A DNA stretch of 64,000 nucleotides from a bacterium. Lineage in GTDB: Bacteria; Patescibacteriota; Patescibacteriia; UBA9570. Shown in pieces: positions 21,525 through 29,782 of this stretch. Under the pieces are notes generated by a model. The model was not told where the DNA came from, searched no databases, and worked only from the letters and a program-made list of their open reading frames with translations. Each line of letters starts with the position of its first letter. Position 1 is the first letter of the stretch. The DNA lies in the NCBI GenBank assembly GCA_030698395.1, contig JAUYKW010000025.1, positions 4,179-68,178 of the forward strand, read 5' to 3'. The position numbers and the translations under genes are program-made.

Positions 21525-22958
21525 CTATAATCGATACAAGATTAATTCGGACCAGGGGCCAGAATCTGTACGATAAACTTGTTTTGATTCTTCTATCATT
21601 TCTAAAAGTGAATTACTTAATCTATATTTTGCTAATGTATCAATTAGTACATAGACATTTTTTTCACCAATATTCATCTTTTCAAACGTCTCTGCATCAA
21701 TATACTCTACTCCGGTATAGATCTCCCTCTCTGGCATAATATCGTCTCTACCAGTTGGATCAACATACAATGAATAATCATCTAAATTCGTTGAATATAG
21801 CCGTGTAATGGCTGGATAAGGCGTAATTAGAGCATCTACTTGTTGATTGCTTAAGAATTCATATGCAGATTTAAAATCCGGCTGTGGTGTAAAACTTTTA
21901 TAACTTAAATAGCTATCATTGGAATCAGATTCCAATGCATAATTTGATTGTGGTAAGAATACAAAACCAGAATAGGCAACTGTAAATATCACTACCACCG
22001 CCCATCCTAAATATGATCTACTCAATAACCAATCTACAGCTACTGCAGTCAACATAACTACCGCAGGAAATAGAAAGAATAGGTATCGATAATGTAAAAG
22101 TGGTACAGCATAACTAAGCACACCAAATCCAACAAGGAAAATTGCACTCAACCATAAGGCCTGTTCTACCTTACCTCGTTTAATTAATAACCAAATCCCA
22201 AATACAGCTAAAATTATTAATGCCAATTGTTCATTCATAATATAGTTGGAATAATGATTCCAATAATTTACTAATGGACCATTGTAAAAAAATATTCTCA
22301 CCAAAATAACAGAACTTATTATCATACCAAGTATGGTACTAACAAAAATTGTCACCAAGTATCCAGGTTTTAAAGAACTATTAAACAATTTTTTAATAAC
22401 AACTAAAAGGATAAAAGCAAAGATAACTAAATAACCAAATTGATGAGTCATTATTGTTAATATTGTAATTATCATCATCCAAATCAATAATTTTTTCTTC
22501 CCCTGTAACCAACAATCATATAAAAATAAAGCTAGCCAAAACAGCAATTGCAATAGCATGTACATTCTTACCTGCCGTGACCAAGCTATCTCCCAATAAG
22601 AAAAACTCATAACAACGAATGTAATTATGGCAACGCGATTTGAAAACCAATATTTGGCAATAATAGATATTACAATAATAGTAGCTATACCTAACAATAC
22701 TGACAGTAATCTACCGGCCAATATTGCATCACCTCTAAAATAAGTAGCGCCAGCAAGCAAAAAATGATACATCGGGGAACGCCAAACAACCTCTCCTGAA
22801 CCTGCTAACGGATATCCTTGTTCAACAATATCCTGAGCTATCGCTAAAGAATAAGCCTCATCCATCCAAACTGACTGATCCGAAATATAATATAACCTTA
22901 AGAAAATTGCCCAAAATAGCACTAGCGCTAGCCCAATAATTATTAATTTCTTTTTCAT
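21525..22958 (-). CDS. GT-C fold glycosyltransferase (PMT/ArnT-like, GT39-related)
   Basis: LRLY..SVWMDEAY motif, many TMs, SRQVRMY; start placed at MKKKLII. Confidence 0.85.
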   Translation of the reverse strand: MKKKLIIIGLALVLFWAIFLRLYYISDQSVWMDEAYSLAIAQDIVEQGYPLAGSGEVVWRSPMYHFLLAGATYFRGDAILAGRLLSVLLGIATIIVISIIAKYWFSNRVAIITFVVMSFSYWEIAWSRQVRMYMLLQLLFWLALFLYDCWLQGKKKLLIWMMIITILTIMTHQFGYLVIFAFILLVVIKKLFNSSLKPGYLVTIFVSTILGMIISSVILVRIFFYNGPLVNYWNHYSNYIMNEQLALIILAVFGIWLLIKRGKVEQALWLSAIFLVGFGVLSYAVPLLHYRYLFFLFPAVVMLTAVAVDWLLSRSYLGWAVVVIFTVAYSGFVFLPQSNYALESDSNDSYLSYKSFTPQPDFKSAYEFLSNQQVDALITPYPAITRLYSTNLDDYSLYVDPTGRDDIMPEREIYTGVEYIDAETFEKMNIGEKNVYVLIDTLAKYRLSNSLLEMIEESKQVYRTDSGPWSELILYRL

Positions 22959-23045
22959 CACCATAATCATAGCATCTCTTGCGAAAATTAGAATTTTTGA
23001 TATACTATCGAAGCATATTTGAGATAACACCTATCCAATATGTGT

Positions 23046-23110
23046 CCGAACGATTTGATTTTCAAATCGAACAGACCTGTTCAATTTTGACTTTTGTAAA
23101 AATTGTCCAG
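23046..23110. repeat. Second four-way-junction element abutting tRNA-Ile(GAT)
   Basis: CCGAAC-hairpin-GAACAG/CTGTTC-hairpin-GTCCAG, same layout as 328-421. Confidence 0.75.
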
Positions 23111-23187
23111 GGGTGTGTAGCTCAGGTGGTTAGAGCGCAGTCCTGATAAGACTGAGGTCCCTGGTTCGAGTCCAGGCATACCCACCA
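23111..23187 (+). tRNA. tRNA-Ile(GAT)
   Basis: Cloverleaf with CAGTC-CT-GAT-AA-GACTG; CCA encoded. Confidence 0.97.
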
Positions 23188-23190
23188 GAA

Positions 23191-23265
23191 GCCGAGGTAG
23201 CTCAGTGGTAGAGCAGTGGACTGAAAATCCTCGTGTCGGGAGTTCAATTCTCCCCCTCGGCACCA
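23191..23265 (+). tRNA. tRNA-Phe(GAA)
   Basis: GCCGAGG/CCTCGGC acceptor, CT-GAA-AA loop, CCA encoded. Confidence 0.97.
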
Positions 23266-23307
23266 GCAAAAATAAAAACAAAAGAGAAATACAATTAAAG
23301 CCACTAT

Positions 23308-23360
23308 CGGGGATTGGCGCAGTTTCCGCCAAAGGCGGATCAGCCTATGGCTGAGGCTAG
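23308..23360 (+). pseudogene. Broken 5' copy of tRNA-Pro with the 30-bp insert (23325-23354)
   Basis: CGGGGATTGGCGCAGTT + TCCGCCAAAGGCGGATCAGCCTATGGCTGA + GGCTAG; the 37-bp upstream flank is also duplicated. Confidence 0.9.
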
Positions 23361-23409
23361 AACCAATGTCTGAATAAAAACAAAAGAGAAATACAATTCA
23401 AGCCACTAT

Positions 23410-23483
23410 CGGGGATTGGCGCAGTTGGCTAGCGCGCGCCGTTTGGGACGGTGAGGCCCCGGGTTCGAGTCCCGGATCCCCGA
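23410..23483 (+). tRNA. tRNA-Pro(TGG), integration target
   Basis: CGGGGAT/ATCCCCG acceptor, CGCCG-TT-TGG-GA-CGGTG anticodon arm. Confidence 0.96.
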
Positions 23484-25117
23484 CCCTTTAGGAAAGCAGC
23501 TGATTTCTTATGGTCAAGCAAAATATTAAACGGTTCTTTGGCCTGAAAATCCAATACTTTTTTGTTTTTAATAGTAAAGTTCAAGAACATATTTTGGAGT
23601 ATTGTATCTAATAGCTTCATATCTCTAGTTTGAGCAATAATATCAGGCATTTTTTGAAAAAGTTCGAGAAACTCCTTTTGAGAAAAAATAAAACTTTTGG
23701 AATCATTCAAAATATTATTAATTGCATCTAGTCTAATTTCTAGCTCCTCAATTTTTTGAAGAGTAAGTTTATAATCAAGTTTAAAAGCTAGCTTTACTTT
23801 TTCATCTGTTTCATTTAAAAGTAATTGTTTTACTTGGTCTAAACTTTTTCTTTTGATATTCAATTTTTGAACTACGCTAGATTTTTCACTTGTTAACTCC
23901 TGTGCCTTAGCCTTGATTACAGTATTCATCTGATTCAAGTAAATTTTATAATTATGCTTAGTTGCCAGTTTATTTTTCCTAATAAGCTGAATAACAAAAT
24001 CAACAATCACTTTTGCTCTTATAGACTTATTATGAAAATTACATTTCTTGTTTTCACACCTGTAATAATAATATCCTTTCTTAGAGCCATTCTTTAAGTA
24101 TTTATAGGTAATACCTGAAGAAAATGGAAAATTACACACACCACACACAACTCTGCCGCGCAATAAATCTGCGCTTGTATATTTTTTTGACCTAAGTTGT
24201 GATGTAACTTTAAAACCTTTAGTTAGATCACTAATTTTATTGATCCTTAAAAAATCGATAACTGAAACGGCAGGGATAAAATCACATTTATCAGTTAGAT
24301 CAACAATACTATCTGCACCATATATTAAAACTCCCGTATAAAAGGGATCTCTCAATATTTCTGATAAACGTGATTTATTCATTTCATATAACTTACCAAG
24401 ATGTTGGTAACTGTTACTATTAATATAAAGAATGATGTCATTTAATGTTTTGCCATTCAATTTCATTTGAAAGGCTTGTTTGATTAGTACGAAATTATTT
24501 CCATTTGGATGATGAAATTGGGCAGCATCTTTATAATATCCATGCTTAGCCGTATTAATATATTTACCTTCGGCAATACTTCTTTTATTACCACGTTTTA
24601 CATTGTCACTTAATTGATCTGAATATTGTTTGGACAATACAAACGCCATTCCTAATAACATCTTCCCAGAGGCCGTATTTTCGAAGCTAAAGCTCTTAAA
24701 CTTCAAATCACGAATAACTCCCTTATCAAGTAAATCAATCAGCTCACCAGCCTCTTTCATATTGCGTGCTAATCTATCGGGATGCCAGGCAATAATTGCA
24801 TCGTATCTGCCCGCTTTGATGCGATCTACCATCTCTCTGAACTGAGGCCGTATATCCGGATCCTTGGCTGATTCAGACTCTCTATAAACCTTTACAACAT
24901 TTAAGCCCAGCTGCTGAGATAATTCTTCACATTCTGCGACTTGATCTGCCAACGACCGAGCCTGACGCTCTTCTCCTTCAGTAGATTTACGAACATATAA
25001 AATATATTTCAACAAGTCTGCCTCCTGCTGTGGTTCAATTAACATTCTATACAATAAATCGGTAAATTCTTGTGGGGTGCTTATTGAAGCACTTAAGTTG
25101 GATTGTTTATTGCTCAT
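23429..25117 (-). CDS. Large serine recombinase (integrase); last 18 codons overlap tRNA-Pro antisense
   Basis: Catalytic YVRKST, ESESAK..RPQF, WHPDRLARN, recombinase domain, Zn ribbon CGVC..YYYRC..C, coiled coil. Confidence 0.95.
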   Translation of the reverse strand: MSNKQSNLSASISTPQEFTDLLYRMLIEPQQEADLLKYILYVRKSTEGEERQARSLADQVAECEELSQQLGLNVVKVYRESESAKDPDIRPQFREMVDRIKAGRYDAIIAWHPDRLARNMKEAGELIDLLDKGVIRDLKFKSFSFENTASGKMLLGMAFVLSKQYSDQLSDNVKRGNKRSIAEGKYINTAKHGYYKDAAQFHHPNGNNFVLIKQAFQMKLNGKTLNDIILYINSNSYQHLGKLYEMNKSRLSEILRDPFYTGVLIYGADSIVDLTDKCDFIPAVSVIDFLRINKISDLTKGFKVTSQLRSKKYTSADLLRGRVVCGVCNFPFSSGITYKYLKNGSKKGYYYYRCENKKCNFHNKSIRAKVIVDFVIQLIRKNKLATKHNYKIYLNQMNTVIKAKAQELTSEKSSVVQKLNIKRKSLDQVKQLLLNETDEKVKLAFKLDYKLTLQKIEELEIRLDAINNILNDSKSFIFSQKEFLELFQKMPDIIAQTRDMKLLDTILQNMFLNFTIKNKKVLDFQAKEPFNILLDHKKSAAFLKGRGSGTRTRGLTVPNGAR

Positions 25118-25457
25118 AATGCTTATTTATATCAAATTTTACTTTATATTAAAAATAAAGCTAACTAATTTTTTAAGCATACTCGTATATCATCTATTGT
25201 ATATATACAAAGCATCCTAGATAATTTTCAACTAAAACACACAGTATGAACACTAAATAATACACGAATCACATAAAATGCACTATATAATGCCAACACA
25301 GTATCAATTATCCTTATTGACCCATTGATAGCACTTAGCTACTGCCTAATACCACAATACCTACATAATCAGATGATCATCATTTAGTTCTCTATAACCC
25401 TAGTAACTCAACAAGGAAAAAGTAGCCACACAACACACACCATAGCGCCGATTTTTT

Positions 25458-26288
25458 CTAAAATCCCAGTTGAATTTCCTCGGTTTTTGAACCGAAAAGT
25501 TCTAAATCTGTTGCCTCAAAAGCTAAATTTTTTGCATCCTTAGGGACTTCATATATCGTAACAAAAGTATATGTTATGCCACTGTTAAGATTTGAAAATA
25601 TGAGTTCCTTACCCTCAGGAATCCATTCATATACATCACTAGGTGAAGTATATTGACGACCAGCATCATCTAATAGGTTTGGATCAGATATTGATTTGGT
25701 TGAGCTAGAGTTATGAGTTACCTCATATTCAACCTTAACATATTTACCCGTAGTAGTTTTACTACTTGCAATTGAAGCATACTTTGAATCTCGAGCTAGC
25801 AAGGTCTCACCTAAATCTTGGGCAGATAGTAGTTTCCACGTAACATCTTTTACTACTACTTCTTCACCAATCGCATAAGTCTTTTCTGCAATCGATTCAG
25901 GTTGCACTTCTTTTTCTTCTTTATCATTCGTGTCATCAACTATTTCCTCAGTTTGTTTAGTTTCAATTTTTGCTTTATTTTCAGTACGGTTTGAATCTTG
26001 TTCATCAGGTACATTACTAGTAAATACAGTTACTATAAATCCGAGAAAAAATAAACACACAAACACAACCACACGAAGGGCGCGACTTAAATGTATATTC
26101 ATTTTTTTACTCAAAAAATTGTACGTTGGTGGCAAAATAAACACCGACGCAATAAACGTAATCAAGGCACCTGTAGGTGCGCTCATTAACAAAAATATAA
26201 GTGAAAGAAATAAAGTAAATATCGCAACAACCCATGCCAGGATTGTTTTAACAGTGATAGTTCGTTTAGGTGTGGATGTATCTGTCAT
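25458..26288 (-). CDS. Membrane-anchored DUF4352-like (Ig-fold) protein
   Basis: Three N-terminal TMs, charged linker, then YAIGEEV, GKYVKVEYEVTH, LLDDAGRQY, LNSGITY...YEVPKDA. Confidence 0.75.
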   Translation of the reverse strand: MTDTSTPKRTITVKTILAWVVAIFTLFLSLIFLLMSAPTGALITFIASVFILPPTYNFLSKKMNIHLSRALRVVVFVCLFFLGFIVTVFTSNVPDEQDSNRTENKAKIETKQTEEIVDDTNDKEEKEVQPESIAEKTYAIGEEVVVKDVTWKLLSAQDLGETLLARDSKYASIASSKTTTGKYVKVEYEVTHNSSSTKSISDPNLLDDAGRQYTSPSDVYEWIPEGKELIFSNLNSGITYTFVTIYEVPKDAKNLAFEATDLELFGSKTEEIQLGF

Positions 26289-26308
26289 ATATGTTATAAA
26301 TACTTAAT

Positions 26309-26449
26309 AAAAAAAGGGACAACCCTACTGGTTGTCTAGACCCAACCGGACAGATTATGCCCTGATTGTTTTAAGTAGGATTGCCCGTTTAAAAGCACAA
26401 TCCTACCCAAGTATGTTGGGCATTATAGTTCCGGTTGTAGTCTAGACTT
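26309..26449 (-). ncRNA. Putative structured leader or small RNA ending in a terminator
   Basis: Long interrupted stem GTCTAGAC/CAACCGGA/ATGCCC, inner GTAGGATTG/CAATCCTAC hairpin, then GACAACC/GGTTGTC plus a T run. Confidence 0.65.
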
Positions 26450-26453
26450 CCTA

Positions 26454-26482
26454 ATTATCCACTATTAAACGAAAATCGTCAA
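26454..26482 (-). promoter_or_regulatory. Sigma70 promoter driving the structured RNA and DUF4352-like gene
   Basis: TTGACG-17 nt-GATAAT on the minus strand; predicted +1 at the base of the long stem. Confidence 0.65.
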
Positions 26483-26599
26483 AATTGCTGTGTGATATTC
26501 TAAAATAGGCACGTACATCTGTTACTTTGCGTATAAAAACAAGCAGACCTACCCCTACATGAATTAGAGCTAGTTGAAGCTGATAAGGCCTAATAGTAA

Positions 26600-26734
26600 T
26601 TACTTATCCAATGTAACTATTTCTCCGTCGGAGGTTCGAACCTGACCATCATCAAGTTCAGTATCCTCAATGTTTTCGGATTCTTTTAAAGCATTAGCTA
26701 AGTCGGCAATGTTTTCTTCACCTTCATATATCAT
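26600..26734 (-). CDS. 44-aa acidic small protein (not in the ORF track)
   Basis: MIYEGEENIADLANALKESENIEDTELDDGQVRTSDGEIVTLDK*, translated by hand. Confidence 0.45.
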   Translation of the reverse strand: MIYEGEENIADLANALKESENIEDTELDDGQVRTSDGEIVTLDK

Positions 26735-26754
26735 AGATTGCTATTATATTTTGA

Positions 26755-26883
26755 TTAAAAAACAATTTCAAGCTCTTTAGTATCGGAATTATTGCCCAAT
26801 AAGATATAAATATCCTTTATCCATTGGTCTAAATATACTTTTTCTGCTATAAATAGATCACTTAGTTCAAGTAAAGTTGGTTC
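26755..26883 (-). other. Start-less 42-codon frame: putative attP-encoded C-terminal tail of the integrase
   Basis: In frame with ...KGRG after crossover at GTCGGGGA: EPTLLELSDLFIAEKVYLDQWIKDIYILLGNNSDTKELEIVF*. Confidence 0.65.
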
Positions 26884-26895
26884 TCCCCGACAAAT

Positions 26896-27783
26896 ATGAA
26901 ATCAAGATTTACAGCCTGCAAATGTATAGGCAATACACCCCTAATTAAAATTAGCGATAAATTATACGCTAAATTAGAAACGCCAAACCCTAGTGGAAGT
27001 ATTAAAGATCGAATGGCTCTTTACATTCTTGATCGTGCGGAAGAAAAAGGCGAAATCCAACCCGGAGCCACAATTGTAGAAGCTACCAGCGGTAATACTG
27101 GCATTGCATTTTCTATGTTAGCAGCTGAACGAAAATATAGAATGATTGTAGTAATGCCTTCCAACATGAGTACAGAACGAAAACAAATGATTAAAGCATT
27201 TGGTGCAGAAATTATAGAAGTTGGTCCTGGTGATTTTGCAGGTGCTGTAGAAAAAAGAGATGTCCTGGTAAAAGAACTTAATGCCTTTTGCCCGAACCAA
27301 TTTGCAAATTTAGATAATATTGAATGTCATTATAAAACAACTGGGCAAGAAATTATAAATCAAATTCCAGATGATCTTGAAATATCTGCTGTAGTTGCTG
27401 GCACTGGAACTGGTGGAACTTTAATGGGACTTAGCCAAGCCTTATTAGAAAAATTCCCAAACTGCAAAACTGTAGCAGTTGAACCTACCGAATCTGCCGT
27501 AATGAGTGGCGGTGAACCTGGCGAACATTTTATTCAAGGAATCGGAGATGGTTTTATTCCAGATTTAGTCGATATGAAAAAAGTTGATGAAGTAGTCACG
27601 GTAAGTAGTGAAGAATCACTTCAGCGCATGAAAGAGCTCACCAAGGAACAAGCTTTATTAGTTGGTATCAGCTCTGGCGCTAATGTAGCTGCAGCAGAGA
27701 AATATATCAAAAACTACAATCCCAATGGTATTGTAGTTACTGTTCTAGCAGACAGACAAGAACGCTATCTCAGTATGCTTTAA
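26896..27783 (+). CDS. cysK: Cysteine synthase (PLP-dependent O-acetylserine sulfhydrylase family)
   Basis: IGNTPL, KLE..NPSGSIKDR, EATSGNTG, GTGTGGT, IQGIGDGFIP, GISSGA. Confidence 0.9.
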   Translation: MKSRFTACKCIGNTPLIKISDKLYAKLETPNPSGSIKDRMALYILDRAEEKGEIQPGATIVEATSGNTGIAFSMLAAERKYRMIVVMPSNMSTERKQMIKAFGAEIIEVGPGDFAGAVEKRDVLVKELNAFCPNQFANLDNIECHYKTTGQEIINQIPDDLEISAVVAGTGTGGTLMGLSQALLEKFPNCKTVAVEPTESAVMSGGEPGEHFIQGIGDGFIPDLVDMKKVDEVVTVSSEESLQRMKELTKEQALLVGISSGANVAAAEKYIKNYNPNGIVVTVLADRQERYLSML

Positions 27784-27784
27784 G

Positions 27785-29698
27785 CTATGATTTAGCTATT
27801 GGTAGCTCTATCCAAAAAGTACTTCCTTTTCCTTCTTTGGAAACAAAACCAAACTTGCCATCATGTTTTTCAATAATAGCCTTGGCAATATATAAACTAA
27901 TACCCACTCCGTTTGGATGCATCAGTTGTGCATTTGATGCTCGGTAAAATCTAGAAAAAATATATTCTTGATCTATATTAGGTATGCCAATTCCTTCATC
28001 TTTAATTTCTATTCTTATTATCTTATTTTTTTCTAATATTTTTACAACAACCTTACTATGAATTTTTGAATATAGTAAAGCATTATCGATAATTATTTCC
28101 AGTGTACTCCTAATATATTTACTATCTATAGATAAAAGTATTGGTTTTTTTATTAAATTACTAATACTAATTTTTATATCTCGTAATTCTAAATTAGTCT
28201 GCAGTGCAGCAACTACGGAATTAACCAACTCAAGTGGAGAACTTAATGATTTATCTAATGTCAAAGTATTACGATCAATATCTAGAGTAGTATTCATATT
28301 ATCAATTAAGTGCAAAATCGACCTCTCTCTATCTAAAGCATGTTGCACTAATACTTTCTGACCCTTTTCTAACTCTCTAAAGTCACCGCTTAATAACATT
28401 TCTAAACTTAATCCAATCTCAGTTAATGGTGTACGTGTAGTATGTGTAATGGCCGTGATAAAACGCGACTTCAATTCATCTAAGTGTTTTATATTTTCCC
28501 CAGCTTTTTTATTTTCTGTAATATCACTAGAAAGGAATAAAATATATTTTACTTTTCCTTGTTCATCCATAATCGGAGCTAGCGAACTAAAACAATACTC
28601 TCCAGTTGAGGTGCCAGGCAGATGTCTAAGCTCCAATGAAGTAGTTTTTCCCTGAAGTGCATCTTTAAAAGCTACGTCAATTTTTTCATTTGTTTCCTCG
28701 TCAATACAGACTCGGTAATCCCATGCCAATGCTTCTTCGTCAGTTTTATCTGCTAAGTAATGTTCCTCTCTACCGTGCTGATTAATTGATATCATATTAA
28801 CTTCAGGATCAAATATTATAATACATAACGGTGCTAGCTCAATTAAAATTCTATATTTTTCTTCACTTGCTTTTAAATCCTTAGTTTTATCCTGTATCAA
28901 TCTTTCCAAATTATTATAGTAATAATCTAAATCGTGAGACATAATATTAATCGACTCTGTCAAATCTCCTATTTCGTCATTAGAAGCAACACGCAACTTA
29001 GTGTTAAAATTACCCTTAGCAATTGCTTTCACGCTCTTGGTTAATTTTATCAATGGTTGAGTAATTGAATTTATATAAATAAGTCCAATTAGTGTTATTA
29101 AAATCGTTATCAAAACTGATGTTATCAAAATAATAATTTTGATTCTTTCCGATCTCGCTTCTATATCCTCCTGTAAAAGTAAGATTTGTTCGGTAACTAC
29201 ATTAAGTGTTGAACTTATCTCTGATTGATAAATGCTAATTTCATTTATTAAAATATTAATTTCTTCTTGTGAACTACTACCATGAGCTGTCGTGTTGTCA
29301 ATACTTTTAGCATCCGAAGAATTTCTTAAATAAATTAGTCTATCAGAAAACGACTTTGATTGTTTTATATTTACACTAATTATTTTTAATAAATAAAAAC
29401 TAACGACATTATGATTACTTAATAATGCAAAATTCGTATCCATTTGTGATGATAGCCGTGCTATTTCATCTTCAATATTTGCAGCATTACCGGCATCATA
29501 GTTATAAATTAATTCATCAATTAATCGTTTGTAGGAATAACTATCATTTTCTAGTTGCTGAGCAATGAATAAGACATGTTCAGCATTAGCTTTAGATTCA
29601 AAATTCTTTTGCAATTGATCTAATGTAACAATATACAGAATTGACATTATAAAAATTCCGAACAAAAAAACAAACGAAATTTTTACCGACAATCTCAT
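27785..29698 (-). CDS. Sensor histidine kinase (TM-HAMP-PAS-HisKA-HATPase)
   Basis: HAMP (PL..L..SV..IA.GNF..DEIGDL), PAS, THTTRTPL H-box, DNA, DEGIGIP, F.RFYRA, GKGSTFW. Confidence 0.9.
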   Translation of the reverse strand: MRLSVKISFVFLFGIFIMSILYIVTLDQLQKNFESKANAEHVLFIAQQLENDSYSYKRLIDELIYNYDAGNAANIEDEIARLSSQMDTNFALLSNHNVVSFYLLKIISVNIKQSKSFSDRLIYLRNSSDAKSIDNTTAHGSSSQEEINILINEISIYQSEISSTLNVVTEQILLLQEDIEARSERIKIIILITSVLITILITLIGLIYINSITQPLIKLTKSVKAIAKGNFNTKLRVASNDEIGDLTESINIMSHDLDYYYNNLERLIQDKTKDLKASEEKYRILIELAPLCIIIFDPEVNMISINQHGREEHYLADKTDEEALAWDYRVCIDEETNEKIDVAFKDALQGKTTSLELRHLPGTSTGEYCFSSLAPIMDEQGKVKYILFLSSDITENKKAGENIKHLDELKSRFITAITHTTRTPLTEIGLSLEMLLSGDFRELEKGQKVLVQHALDRERSILHLIDNMNTTLDIDRNTLTLDKSLSSPLELVNSVVAALQTNLELRDIKISISNLIKKPILLSIDSKYIRSTLEIIIDNALLYSKIHSKVVVKILEKNKIIRIEIKDEGIGIPNIDQEYIFSRFYRASNAQLMHPNGVGISLYIAKAIIEKHDGKFGFVSKEGKGSTFWIELPIAKS

Positions 29699-29782
29699 AT
29701 CCTAGTAACTACTATTATCATACTTACTCTATTCACCTCTACTGATTTCATACTTAATTTTAAAATTTCCTTCCTTAATTAA

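Larger units (their letters stand above)
23477..26891. mobile_element. ~3.4-kb integrative element in the tRNA-Pro 3' end, bounded by TCCCCGAC direct repeats
   Basis: TCCCCGAC at 23477-23484 and 26884-26891; integrase adjacent; joining the ends restores an in-frame integrase tail. Confidence 0.72.

Noticed and set aside
23081-23332. Minus-strand ORFs of 83 and 60 aa
   Set aside because: Antisense translations of tRNA-Ile and tRNA-Phe.
26630-26647. GGTTCGAACC as a tRNA T-loop remnant or att site
   Set aside because: No flanking identity to tRNA-Pro; it lies in the 44-aa ORF, and the TCCCCGAC repeat at 26884 explains the boundary better.
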